A stretch of DNA of 64,000 bases, taken from Chiloscyllium plagiosum (Eukaryota). The notes beneath the pieces were generated by a model. It was given only the letters and a program-made list of their open reading frames with translations, was not told the origin of the DNA and made no database searches. Every line of letters starts with the position of its first letter. The stretch's first letter is position 1. Shown here piece by piece: positions 25,726 through 38,050 of this stretch. The stretch covers positions 75,993,843 to 76,057,842 of the forward strand of contig NC_057718.1 in NCBI RefSeq assembly GCF_004010195.1. Direction: 5' to 3'. The translations under genes were made by a program, and so were the position numbers.

Positions 25726-26524
25726 CCTGTGGCAAGAGCTAATTATAAAGAACTAGTTCTACATACCGTTAAAAAACACAAATGAAGCCATGAACTGCTG
25801 GTATTGTGAAGCCTGTATAGCCAGTTCAATTAGATCTTAATTTCCAATGCACTATTTTAAGAACAGGGACCTGTCATCCCTCAAATATTTGTTGAAAACA
25901 AAAAAATTAACAAGTCATTGACCTCAATATTGTTTGTGGGTGTCTTCTGTACAAAATAACTGCCAATTTTCATCATATGCATATTTTTAAATCAGTGAAG
26001 TGTTTGAAGTACAGAAGCATATGATTATGCTTAAAAGTCTCCAGAAGTTACTGAGAAATCCAGTGCAATTCGGTTTTTTCCAACAGGGAATACACATTAA
26101 CCTCACTTGAATACCTTACATTCAATGACATTAAATTCAAAAATACTGCTGGAGTTCTCAGAGTTGGAGCTGTGCCACCTACCAGCAGAGCTCTGGTGTA
26201 CTTCCTGCTGCTTAATCAGGCAGGTCAATTTGGGAGTCTCCCTTTAGGATATCAGCCTGTCAGCTGATGTGTTGCAAATACTAAAAGTGTCAGCACAAAC
26301 CATCAGGTCTAACTGCTCATGCTCCTTTAATGGCAGTCATGCTGAATGGTCAGCCATCAATAACAAACCAACACTCAACAGTTGTTACAGAATCTCCTTA
26401 AAAATGTTTCAAACATGCCTCCAACAGTCTCCACATTTGAAAGTAATCATGCAGAGTGCATTAAGAACTCAGTGAGATACTGATTGAAGAGCCATTATGT
26501 ATAATCATACTGTAAAAAGAGGTG

Positions 26525-28200
26525 ACCCATTTTCCAGCGCTTGGCTCACAGCCTTGAATGTTATGGCATTCCAAGTACTTGTCCACGTTCTTTTTACACA
26601 TTTGAGAGGTTGCCCACTTAAACTATTCTCCTAAGCAGCACATTGCTGATTCCCAACACTTTCTGCATGAGATAGAAATGCCTCAAATCCCCTCTAAACC
26701 TCTGACCCTCCACCTCAAAAATTATGTCCACTTGTTATTGGTATGTGCGCACGCATACACGCACACATATAGCTGCTTCCCATCCACTGTTCCATGCCTC
26801 TCAATCTTAGAGATCAATGAAGCCCCCTCCCAGCCTTCTTTGCTCTGAAGAAAAGGATCCAAGCCTATCCAGGTTTTTGATACAGTAGTTGAAATGCCCT
26901 AAGCCAGACAATAGCCTGGTGAATCTCCTCCCAGTGCAATCGCATCCTTCCTATAGTGTCCTATAGCACACAATACTCCAGCAATGGCCTAACCAAAGTT
27001 TTGCATCACTTCAACATAACCTCCTTACTCTTGTATGCCATAACTGATAAATGGAAGTGTATGCCCCATTAACTACCCTATTAATCTGTCTTGCTGCTTT
27101 CAAGGATCTTAGGATGAACAGCCCAAGATCCTTCTGAACTTCGAGTCTTGCCATTCATTGAACACTCCTTTGTCTTGTTACTTCTTCCAAAATGCATCAC
27201 CTCACAATTATCAGGATTAAGTTCCATCTGCCACTAATCTGCTCATCTGACAAATCCATTTACATATTCCAGTTGCCCAAGAATCTTTCTCACTGCCAAT
27301 CACCCAACCAACCTGTGTGTCATCCACAAATTTACTTAAGAATGCCCCCACGTTTTCTACTTAATCACTTCTTGTTTGTAATATAAAGGGACTCAGCACA
27401 GATCCCCATGGCACGCCATTGGACACAAACAGCCTCTACCACCACCCTGTCTTCTGCCACTAAGTCAATGTTGAATCCAACTTTTGGGTCCCATGTGCTT
27501 TTACCTTTTCATCAGTGTCCCATATGAGACCTTGTCAAAAATTTTGTTGAATTCCATTTAAACTATATCAACTGCATTATCCTCTCAACACACCTGATCA
27601 CCACCTCGAAAAATTCCATCAGATGAATAAGGTATGACCTCCCTTTGACAAAGCCATGTGACAATCCTTGATCAAACCTTCCCTCTCCAAGTGGAATTAA
27701 TTTGCTCCTTTAGAATTTTCCCCAATAGTTTCTCTATCACTCATGTGAGACTCACTAGTCTGTAATTCCCCGATTTATCTCTAACACCTTTCTTGAACAG
27801 TAGAACCACATTTGCTGTTTTTCAGTCCTCTGTAACCTCCTTGTGGTCAAAAAGGAATTAAAAGTTTGGATCAAAGCTCCATTAACTTCTTCTCACATAT
27901 TCCCAAAGCAGCCTCAGATACAACTCATCCTGACCTGGATATTTGTCAAATTTTTAAGCTCACCAAATATCTCTTCACTCCCTATGCTGAACGCTCAAAA
28001 AACCCTTTTTCTCTTTGAGAATTCTGTACCTACATCCTCCTTTGCCAAGATGTGAAATACTTACTTAACACCTACAAAAGTCCTCTGGCTCCACAGATTG
28101 CTCCCTTGGGCCGTACTCCTTCTCTGCTTACACTCTTACCCTTGAATACACTTATTTGGAACACAGAACAGCTTAATGATTCTCCTTAATCTTACCCACC
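26525..28200 (-). mobile_element. Decayed CR1 LINE
   Basis: CCAAAATGCATCACCTCACAATTATC, GACCTTGTCAAAA and CCCTTTGACAAAGCCATGTG are CR1 RT phrases, followed by 3'-end phrases. Confidence 0.75.
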
Positions 28201-30194
28201 AGCATTTATTCAAGAAAACAGATTCCAAGCAATCAGTGACAAACTGAGAACTTTCAGTATTAACGCTTGAAATAAAAACATATATAGCAAATTCAATAGG
28301 ACTCTTCTATATCGATACCTGAGCAGATTTAATACAAGAATACACAATACCTACAAAACTTTGTTCTGACTCTCGAACCTGGGAAAATTGGCTGCAATTC
28401 TTTAATCTAGGAAGGCTTGATGTGAGATGAAGAGAAGAGAAAGTGTTAATCATCTGCTCCTTCACACCCCGAGCCTAAGGAGAAATAATTTGTTATTCCT
28501 CTGGATGCGAAGAGGAAGGAGAAATAAGTTTGGTTTCCTGGATCTGTGCACTAAACAAGTGCAGAAAAAATACTTAAGACTTAGCCTCTGTTTGTATTGC
28601 AAAATTCTATTTGGTCCATCATGTTTGTGCTAGTTCACTAAAAGAAACCAGTAATGCCATCATTCTACACTTTTTCCTTCTGAAAAGTTTTTCCACCACC
28701 ATTTCAGGCTCTGCACTCCAGATCAAAGCAATACAATGGGTGAACAAAAATTGTCGTCATGTTCCCTCTGCTATCCTGTGCATTCTTAAAATCTGTATTG
28801 TCCAGTTACTGACTCTTCTGCCAGCAGAAAGCATTTTGCCCCATCTTTACCAAAACCCTTTGATGTCAAAAATTCCAGGTCTATTAAGAATATGTAACTT
28901 AGTTAAAGCAAGTCATTCTGGCCTCAAAAGGTTCCTGTAATCTGAAATTGGTAACAGGACACACAAAAGCCAAACTGCTTTAAAATAATATAGTTTGCAC
29001 ATTAGTATTGGGGATCTTTTTTTTTTCCATTGTCACCACAGCATCCAATTAATAAATCTGGAATATAAAGCTAGTGTCAGTGAGACTAATTATTTATTGT
29101 AATAAAGGCCCAATCCAGTTGACTCAATTACCATCTGAAATTGCCTTCAGTTCAAGCATAACGAGACACAAGTAACAAATACTGGCCTTCCACAAATGCC
29201 TATGTTAGGATGAAGAAAACAATTCTGCAAATTATTTCTGTTCAGCCTATTATCCAATCTGGTTTCGAAGGCCACAACTGAATTTGCTTCCACCACACTC
29301 ATGGTCTATTTTCTGGATCCTGACTAACAAATTCTGCCTTTTGTTACTTTGTCATTCAACTTAATGTGTGTTTCTCTGGCTCTCAAGCCTTCCCCAATGG
29401 GGTTAAATTCTACCTCCTTTATCTAGATCCTTCAAGACTATACCATCAAATCTCCTCACTCTTCTCTTGGCCTGGGAGAACAGCCCCAATTTCTCCAATT
29501 TATACACATAACTGAAATCCTTCATCTATTCTTACAAACATTTCCTCAAAATGTCTTCCTTAACATGTGCTGCCCAGAAAATGGACAATACTCCACTGGA
29601 GGCTAAATATTATTTTTTGGTTAAGGTTCAGTATAAATTGAGGTTTGACCATTAAGTCAGGATTCCGTAGGCTTTAGGTCACTGTCCTTGCACTTCCTCT
29701 TTGGAGCCATACACTTGGCTTTCCTAATTCTTCCTGCTAAAAGACTTTGTTTCACATTTCATCATATCCAGCTGTCCTAGCAATGTGACTATGTCCTCCT
29801 AACGTTCATCACAATCCTCCTCATAGTTCACAACACTTCCAATTTTATATCATGTGCAAATTTTGAAATGATGCCCTGTACACAAAAGGCATTACCCGCA
29901 ATTGTCTGTGTTATGGAGAAAAAAACCTGAATCAAAATCAGTTACATATCAACTGGCTTTACCAACAGATATTCTGGCTTTTCTTTCTTAATCCAGATTG
30001 AGCTAGGTGTCTTAATTGTGTCCCAGAACACGGATGAAAAACTTTTCCATCACCTAAGTCAAATGAACCAGTCAGCAGGAGGCAGAGTTTATTCTTACAC
30101 CTTTCATTTTAACAAAGGTGATTTCATTTACAATTAGAGTCCTCTGATACCATTCATTCTTGATCATCAGTAAAGTCATAGAAGGATTATCACA

Positions 30195-32310
30195 AGACCA
30201 TAATATATAGGAGCAGAGAGTTAAGCCATTTGGCCAATTAAGTCTGCTCTGTCATTCAATCATGGTGGATATATTTCTCAACCCTATTCTCCTTTAGGTC
30301 TCATAACCTTTAATGCCTCACTAATTGAGAAACTATCTATCTCGGTCTTAAAAACACAATGACATGGCCTTTATGACAGCGTCACCATTCTCTGGCTGAA
30401 GAGATTCCTCATCTCGGCTTGAAAGGATCACCTCTTCATTCTGAAATTGTACCTTCAGATCCTATTCTCTTCTACTCATGGAAACATCTCCATGTCCACT
30501 CTATCCCGGCCTCTCAATATTCTGTAAGTTTCTACAAAATTTCCCCCCTTATCTTTCTAAATTCCACTGAGTAAAGACCCAGAATTCTCAACCGCTCCTC
30601 ATATGACAATCCTTCATTGTAAACCTTCTCTCAAACCCCTCCTTCTTAGATACAGGGACCAAAACTGCTCACAATATTCCAAATGCAGTCTGACCAGAGC
30701 CTTTTACAGCCTCAGCAGTACATCCCTGCTCTTACATTCTAGTCTTCTTGAAATGTATATTAACCCTGCATTTGCCTTCCTAACTGCCAACTAAGCCTGC
30801 ATGCTAACCTTGAGAATCCTGAACTAGAACTCTTGTCTCGTTGTGTTTCAGATTTCCAAAGCCTTTTATCATTTAGAAAATAGTCAACACCTCTATTCTT
30901 CCTGCCAAAGTGCATAATCTCACACTTTCCCAAATTGTATTCCACCTACCACTTCTTTGTTCACTCTCCTAGCATGTCTGCATCCTTCTGTAGCCTCCCT
31001 ACCTCAACACTACCTGTCTCAATCTTTGTGTCATCTGCAAACTTTGCAATAAAGCCCACAGTTTCAGATTGTTAACATGAATAGTTGTAGTCCCAATACT
31101 GACCAGCTGCAGAACACCACTACTCACCAGTTGCCATCCTGAAAAAGAAAAACCCTTTGCCCCCACTTCCTGTCTTCTGCTGGTCAGCTAAACCTCCATC
31201 CATGCCAGAACCTTGTCCCTAATTCCATGGGCTCTGATCTTATTTAGCTGCCTCCTGTGTAGCATCTTGTCAAAGGCCTTCTGGAATTCATTTGTCCAAC
31301 TTACTCATTACCTCCTCAAAGAATTCTAACAGATTTGTCAGACATTACCTTCCCTTGACAAAGCAGTGCTGACTAGCTCTATTTTACCATGCACTTCCAA
31401 GTACTTCACAATCTTACCCTTAATAAGGGACTCTAAAATCTTACCAACGACCAAGGTCAGCCTAACTGGCTTATAGTTTACTGTCTTCTGCCTCTCTGCT
31501 TTCTTGGCAATTGGCAATTTGCTCATCCTCTGGGACCCTTTCAGACTCTCGAAATTCCTAAAAGATCACCAATGCCTCCACGATCTCCTCCGCTATCTCC
31601 TTCAGAACACTGGGGTGCAGTCCAGCTGGTCCGGGTGATTTATCTGCTGTCAGACCTTTCAACTTCCCCAGCTTCTCCTTCTTAGCAATGGCCACTATAC
31701 TCACCTCTGCCCCAAATCTCTTGGAAGCTTGGTACGCAAATGCTGTCATCCACCATAAAGACCAAGGCAAGTACCTATTCAGTTCCTCCAACAATTTTTT
31801 TATTCCCCATTACAATTTCTTCAGCCTCATTCTCCAGCAATCCAATGTCCAATTTTGCCTCTCTCTTACTAAAACTCATATCTAAAAAAAACTCTTGCAA
31901 TCTTCTTTTATGTTAGCAGCTAGCTTACCCTAACATTTTGTCTTCTTTTCCCTTAAGTCTTCTGCAGGTTTTGAAAGGTTTCCCAATTCTCTGGCCTCCA
32001 AGTAATCTTCACCATATTGTATGCTTTTTCTTTTGCTTCTACGTTGTCCCTAACTTCCCTTGTCAGCCAATTTTACCTCATCCTCCCTTTATAGTGTTGC
32101 TTCTTCGTTAGGAGGAATTTCTGCTGTGGCTCCTGAATTACCCCCAGAAACTCCTGCCATTGCTGCTCCACTGTCTTTCCTGCTATTCTTCCCTTGTAAT
32201 CAACTCTGGTCAACTCCTCTTTGTGTTACCTTCACCCAATTATAATACACAGTTACATCTGATTCAAGTTTGTCGCTCTCAAACTACAAGATGAATTCGA
32301 TCATATCAAG
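30195..32310 (-). mobile_element. CR1 LINE, about 2.1 kb 3' portion
   Basis: ORFs 30760-30945 (YNLGKCEIMHFG), 31338-31526 (NYKPVRLTLVVGKILESLIK) and 31558-31794 (DKSPGPAGLHPSVLKE). Confidence 0.87.
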
Positions 32311-32429
32311 TTTAACAAAAACCTGCCCATAGCAGTCAGTTTGGGTTCAAATGTGGACAAACAACTGAGGTCAAGAGAAGAGCGATTTCCCTTGACTCTT
32401 GGTTACATTTTACTAAGAAAGGAGTCTGA

Positions 32430-32860
32430 GTAATAATGGAGTCAATGGGAATTGTAGGAAGAAAAACTCCATGGGTTGCAGTCATACCTAACAAAGGAAG
32501 AAAAGTGTGGTTACTGGAGGTCAGTCATCTCAGCTCAGGACATTTCTGCAGGAGTCCCTCAGGGTAGTTTTAGCTCCTTCATCAATGATCGTCCCTCCAT
32601 CTTAAGGTCAGAAGTGGGTCGTTTGCCAATGATTGCACAAGGTTCAGCACATTTGTGAATCTTCAGATCCTGGAGGAGTCCATGTTCAAATGCAAAAAGA
32701 CTGGAATAATATCCAGGTTTCATCTGACAAACAACAAGTTACATTTGTCCCATAAGTGTCTGGAAAGGCCAATTTTCCATCAAGAGAGAATCCATCCATC
32801 ACCTCTTGATATTCAATAGCATTCCTGTTGCTGCTTTGCCTGCCAACATCCTGGGGTGGA
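32430..32860 (+). mobile_element. Second-lineage CR1-group LINE RT fragment
   Basis: ORF 32476-32658 (DISAGVPQGS...FIND); homologous to 7340-7770. Confidence 0.72.
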
Positions 32861-32892
32861 CAATGTCAGAAATCACACCCCCTCCCCCCCCA

Positions 32893-33545
32893 CCAGATTA
32901 TACTTTATTTGAAAGCACAAGCTTTTGGAGTGCAACCCTTTCATCAGGTGAAGTGAGAGAGAAGCACACAGAACACAGAATTTATGGGTAGAGAAATCAA
33001 AAGATCATACAAATGGTGTGAGTGCAGTGTCAAATAAGTCTCTGCAGATGACCAAGAGAGTGAGACGGTGAGAGTAAAAAAGTGTCAACAGCTAAATAAC
33101 AAGCAAAGGGATGACCTATAAATCCAATTAAATGAAGCAGAAAGATAATAAAAAATTAAAAATAAGGTGGTGCTTGGAGACAAACCAAAATGACTGGAAA
33201 AACATGGAATAAAAACAGAAGCTGCTGGTAAGCCCAGCAGGTCTGGCAGCATCCGTGAAGAAAAACCAGAGGAAGGGTCACCGGACCCGAAATATTAACA
33301 CTGATTTTACTTCACAGATGCCACCAGACTTCCTGTGCCCCACCTCCACCTCCAGCAATCCTTGCCTTTGCTCCTGATTTACAGTCTTCACAGTTCTTTT
33401 GGTTTTTATTTGACTGGAACAACACGATAGGTATAAGAGTTGCATGCTGAGGGTCTAAGCAAAATAATAAGTAATCCAAAACTGTACAAACTAATTGAGG
33501 TAGAGAGATCATAACCACTCAACAAGATAATGGTGTCAAAACAGG
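32893..33545 (-). mobile_element. Penelope-like pseudo-LTR/3' region with a decayed hammerhead (32916-32950), hosting a mini-element
   Basis: Minus strand reads CAC-CTGATGA-A-AGGGTTGCACTCC-AAAAGCTT-GTG, followed by CTTTCAAATAAAG. Helix I CAC/GTG and the AAGCTT palindrome are retained; G12 is changed to A. Confidence 0.65.
33207..33410. mobile_element. Fold-back Penelope-derived mini-element with a 16-bp imperfect TSD
   Basis: Inverted arms (GTCTGGCAGCATCCGTGAAG / CTTCACAGATGCCACCAGAC), central GGGTC-ACCG-GACCC-GAAA, and flanks TGACTGGAAAAACATG (33191-33206) and TGACTGGAACAACACG (33411-33426). Confidence 0.78.
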
Positions 33546-33854
33546 TTCACCTTCCACACACAAACCTTAACATGATTCTTGCTTCAGATTCTGACTAACT
33601 GTGAAATTTAAACAGTTTAGTTCATTATTTCAGAACTTCAGCTCTCAGGACTTTGTTGTTCTTCCCTTTCTCTCTCAAAACTACATGCTTCAGGCTGACT
33701 GTATATCTAAAGTCAGATCACTAACATTTCCTTTAAAGCTCTATTTAAGAACAGACTTTGATAATGAAGAGTTTAAATTACAAAAGAGTTTTTGAATATT
33801 GATTAAAGTGTTGTTAATTATATGCTATCATTCACTACAAAAAGGAGAGAAAAA

Positions 33855-34306
33855 AAAATGTGCATTGATACAGCATTTTTTACAATGGCTGAATGTCTCA
33901 AAACACTTTAGAGCCAATGAAGTACTTTAAGTCTGGACATGGCTATAAATGTTTTAAATGTGGCACAATATGCACACCATGCCATTTGCAAGAGTTCAAT
34001 CTAATAAACAGATAATCTGCTTTTGTATTGTTGACTTGAGGGATAAATGTAATCAGAATACTGGGAATATTTCCCTGCTCTTCTTAAATATTCCATTGAA
34101 ACTAATTTGAAGATGAGCAGGGAATTATTCCTAGTATCCCAAGCAGGCAGATTGGATGCCAGTTTAAAACATGGCCCTGTGGAGCATCCTCTCATACTAC
34201 ATTGGATTATTTGCATTGATCTTTTAAACTAGATTACTGAAGTTGTAACTGAACCTGAAACCTGTAACACGACAGGCAAAATGTATCAAGTGAACCACAA
34301 CTGACC
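33855..34306 (-). mobile_element. Near full-length old DeuSINE (SacSINE1/AmnSINE1-related)
   Basis: CACTTTAGAGCCAATGAAGTACTT tail, Deu-domain-like TTGAGGGATAAAT...TCCCTGCTCTTCTT and a tRNA-like head near 34250-34306. Family assigned from recalled consensus. Confidence 0.62.
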
Positions 34307-34504
34307 AAGTTGTAGAATAGTTATCTAATAGTACAACTGGATCTTGATCAACTGGGCCAATGGGCTGAGGAGCAGCAGATGGAATTCAATTTACATATAT
34401 GTAAGGTGTTGTAATTTGGTAAGATAAACAAAGGCAGCAGTTCTATAGTTAATGGTAAGGTCCTGGGGAGTGTTATTGAACAAAACGGTCCTAGAGATTC
34501 AGGT

Positions 34505-34697
34505 TAGAGTGGTGGTGGAAAAGCACAGCAATTCAGGCAGCATCCGAGGAGCAGGAAAATCGCATTTCGGGCAGAAGGCCTTCATCAGGAATAGATGTCA
34601 ATTTTCCTGCTCCTCGGATGCTGCCTGAACTGTTGTGCTTTTCCAGCACCACTCTAATTTAGATTCTGGTTTCCAGCATCTGCAGTCCTTGTTTTTA
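34505..34697. mobile_element. Fold-back Penelope-derived mini-element with a perfect 15-bp TSD
   Basis: 57-bp inverted arms 34504-34560 and 34601-34657; minus-strand CTGATGA-A-GGCC-TTCT-GCCC-GAAA; TSD CCTAGAGATTCAGGT at 34490-34504 and 34698-34712. Confidence 0.88.
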
Positions 34698-35033
34698 CCT
34701 AGAGATTCAGGTACATAGTTCATTGAAAGTTGTGTTACAGATAGACAGGGTGGTGGAGAAAGCATTTGGCACACTTGCCTTCATTGCTCAGATGATTTGA
34801 CTACAGAAGTTTGGGTATCATGTTGCATTTGTACAGGATGTTGGTGAGGCCATATTTGGATTACTGTGCACAGTTCTGGTCACCATGCTGTAGGAAGATA
34901 TTTTATGAAATTGGAAAGGATGCAGAAAAGATTTACAAGGATGTTATGGGGAATGGAGGGTTTGAGTTATGAGGAGAGGCTGGGTAGACAGAGAAGTTTT
35001 TTCCCTGGAACATAGAAGGTTGAGAGGTGACCA

Positions 35034-35671
35034 TGTTAAACAATTAAATGGGAACCTCTCTCTAGACATTAATGTAATATTGAAGAGTTAAACTGCAACG
35101 ACTAAACATTCTGGAAGTGGATGGGGACGACAGTCAGGTAAGAATGCAAATGACCGCCACTCCATTTAGACAGTCATTTGCTACTACTCCCCCTGCTATT
35201 ATCAAATTAAACTATCATTCAAATCACTTCCATTCAGAAATGTTTTCTAGCCATCCCCTGAAGCTATGTATGTCACATACATTGTCTTGGGAAATCACGG
35301 AGTCAGGAAATATTTTGCATAACATTCCCCAGGATTAGGGCATTAGCATTATCTCGGAGGATGATCTCATCCTACCATCATACTTTGGGGTAACATATGA
35401 CTGTGAGGGAGTAACTGAGGGATTTTCTCAAGTGGCATGTGACCATGGGGAAGTGGCCAGAGTATCTGTAAGCATGGCCAACTGACCTGCATAAAGGAGA
35501 TGTATTTTCTTTGTTCAGAGCCTCACTTTGACTCAACCTCACACACCTGCAAAGAGGGTCAAAGGGGGGTTCACATAGCTTGTACAAGCTTTATTAAACT
35601 TTAACGGTTTGCAGAAGTGGGTGTATGCAAATTGCATCTCATGTGTGAAACCTCAGGAAAAGAACCCAACA
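35034..35671 (+). mobile_element. Probable solo LTR (638 bp)
   Basis: Interrupts a CR1 at GAGGTGACC...CTTACACAGTTTTATAA; TGTT...AACA termini; TATA-like CATAAAG near 35490 and ATTAAA near 35593. Confidence 0.55.
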
Positions 35672-36829
35672 GCCTTACACAGTTTTATAATATCATGAGG
35701 AGCACAGATAAGGTGAATTGCAAAGGTCTTCTCCCCCAGGTCGGGGTGTTTAAAACTAGAGGGTATATTTTTAAGGTAAGCTGAGAGGAGGAAGATTTAA
35801 AAAGGGACCTTAGGAGCAACTCTTGGAAGCGGCAGGGCATCAGCTGTGGTGGTGGCAGTGCCCAGAGCACAGCCTCCTGGCTGCAGTACATCAGGAGCAG
35901 AGGCTCTTGGCAGTGTGTTAGTGGCTGCAGCAGCAGCAGAACCAGGGTCTCCTGGGGCATCAATGTTGTCATTGCTTTATCTGGAACAGGGATTCCTTGA
36001 GGCCTGTAACACCTTGCAAAGGCTCTGAGCCAAGTTTGAAAACCAATTTGACAGAAAGAATTTGATTTAAGTAATTCCTTCTTATTGTTTTTGTAACTCA
36101 AAATAGCATCAGATTGTGATAACACAACACTTTTCACTACATGTGAGACAATGAAATCATTCGTTCATGAAAGGTTTAGAGGGATATGGATTAAACACAG
36201 GCAAAGGGACTAATTTGGTTTGGGAAACCTGATTGGCGTGGACAAGTAAGACCAAATGGTATGTTGCCATGCTGTTTGACTATAATATTAGTATAAAGTT
36301 TTATTTAATCAGAATTACAGTCCTCAGGACCAATATACACTTCAACACAGATTTTACAATATCTGATGACTGAGAACATTACAACGAGACAACAGACAAT
36401 GCATGCCAGACTAAAACTACAGCTCCAGGCTTCAAGGCCATTAACAGCCATAAACATTTTAATAGTCATCAGGAACATACTCACTGTCAGAACTCCACTA
36501 TGCATCTCACCAAAGCTTAATATCCTCTGACAGATAAAGGAATAGTTAAAATAGGGATTTCTTTAAAGTAAAAGGTTGTAGTGTCTGCTGGTTAAGAATT
36601 GGATTGAGAACAATCTGTTACGTATTAGTATTAGGAGTAAGATATTTGCCCAGTTAAACCTGTTCCGACAGCTTCACAAAACCTACTTAAAAAAGGAACT
36701 TGTACAGAAATTACAAAAGAAAGTGAAACAATGAACTGATTCAAAGTGAGTGCCAGTCATAACGCCTTTTAGGCAATGCCAAATTTCACAAAAAACTTCA
36801 GAACTCTGAGTCCATTCAAGTCTCTGCTA

Positions 36830-38050
36830 TAATAAAACAAAAATGCAGATGCTGGAGATCTGAAACAATAACTGATATTGCAGAAACTCTGCTATCTTCC
36901 TGCAGATACTGCCAGATCTGCCGAGTTAATGCTTTGAGTCCTGGAGGGAATAATCTCTGCAGACTCCCTTCTGTAACAGTGGTTTCCTGCCCACTGTGGT
37001 TGACACGGACCTCAACAGCATCCTTTCTTATCATCACCTGCACTTCCACCCTTACCCTTCCCGTCATTCACAACTGTGTGATCGGGATCCCCTTGGCCTC
37101 CCCTTTCACCCACCAGTTCCACATTCAAAGGATCATTCTTAGTCATTTCAAACAAGTCAAGCAGAACACCACCACCAAACAAGTCTTCTCCTCACTCCCC
37201 CTGCTTGCGTTTCACAGGGATCGTTCCCTCCAGGACACCCTAGTCAATTTCTCAACCAACACCACTAATTCCCCATTACCCCTTCCCACAGCACCTTCCC
37301 ATGTAACTGCAGAAGTTGCAACACCTTCCCCTACACCTCCTCCCTGCTCACCATCCAAGGGCCAAAACTGTCTCTCCAAGTGAAGCAGCATTTCACCTGT
37401 ACCTCTACAATCTTCTGTACTGTATTAATTGCACCTAACGTGGCCTACTCTTCATTGGAGAAACTAAACACAGACTGGGTGACAAATTTGCAGAACACCT
37501 CCAGTCTGTGTGGAAACAGAACCCAAACCTTCCCATAGCTGGTCATTTTGACACAGCCCATGTGTCTGTCCTCAGCATGATACAATGCTCTAGTGAATCA
37601 CAACGCAAACTGGAGGAACAACATCTCATCTTCAGACTAGGCACCTGGCTCAATCTTGACTTCAATACCCTCAAATTGTGAACTTCCTCCCATTCCTTCC
37701 CTTTTTGAGCTTTACTAGTTATATTCTCTGTCAGCATGTCCTCTCTCCCCTTCTCACACCACAATGGGACTGTCTGCTCCCTCAAATCTGGCAGTTAGAC
37801 ACACTACTGCTCTACATTCTCACATTCTGATCACAATCTGAATTATCAACATCCTTTCTTCCTCAGCACTCCATACCAACCCCACCCTGACTCACTACAC
37901 CATAAATGCTGTCCTTCTAAACTTCACTGCACCTCTGAAGAAAAGTCATCTAGACCAGAAACACTAGCTTGCTTTCCCTCCAGGGACCCGCTCTGATTGC
38001 CAGCATTTTTTTTCAGTACATATTCCAGCATCTGCTGTAATTTGCTCCCA
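36830..38050 (+). mobile_element. 5'-truncated Penelope-like retroelement (RT C-terminal linker, GIY-YIG endonuclease, pseudo-LTR)
   Basis: HIQRIILSHFKQ...PLLAFHRDRSLQDTLV (ORF 36934-37383), then frameshifted FPCNCRSCN, FTCTS, GLLFIGETKHRLGDKFAEHL and RKLEEQHLIFRLGT. The pLTR has CTGAAGA...GAAAC at 37935-37962, and an inverted pLTR-like segment lies at 36830-36925. Confidence 0.88.

Larger units (their letters stand above)
34335..36285 (+). mobile_element. CR1 3' portion split by three insertions (34505-34697, 35034-35671, 35820-36165)
   Basis: CR1 phrases are collinear at 34335-34504, 34698-35033, 35672-35820 and 36166-36285. Confidence 0.82.
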
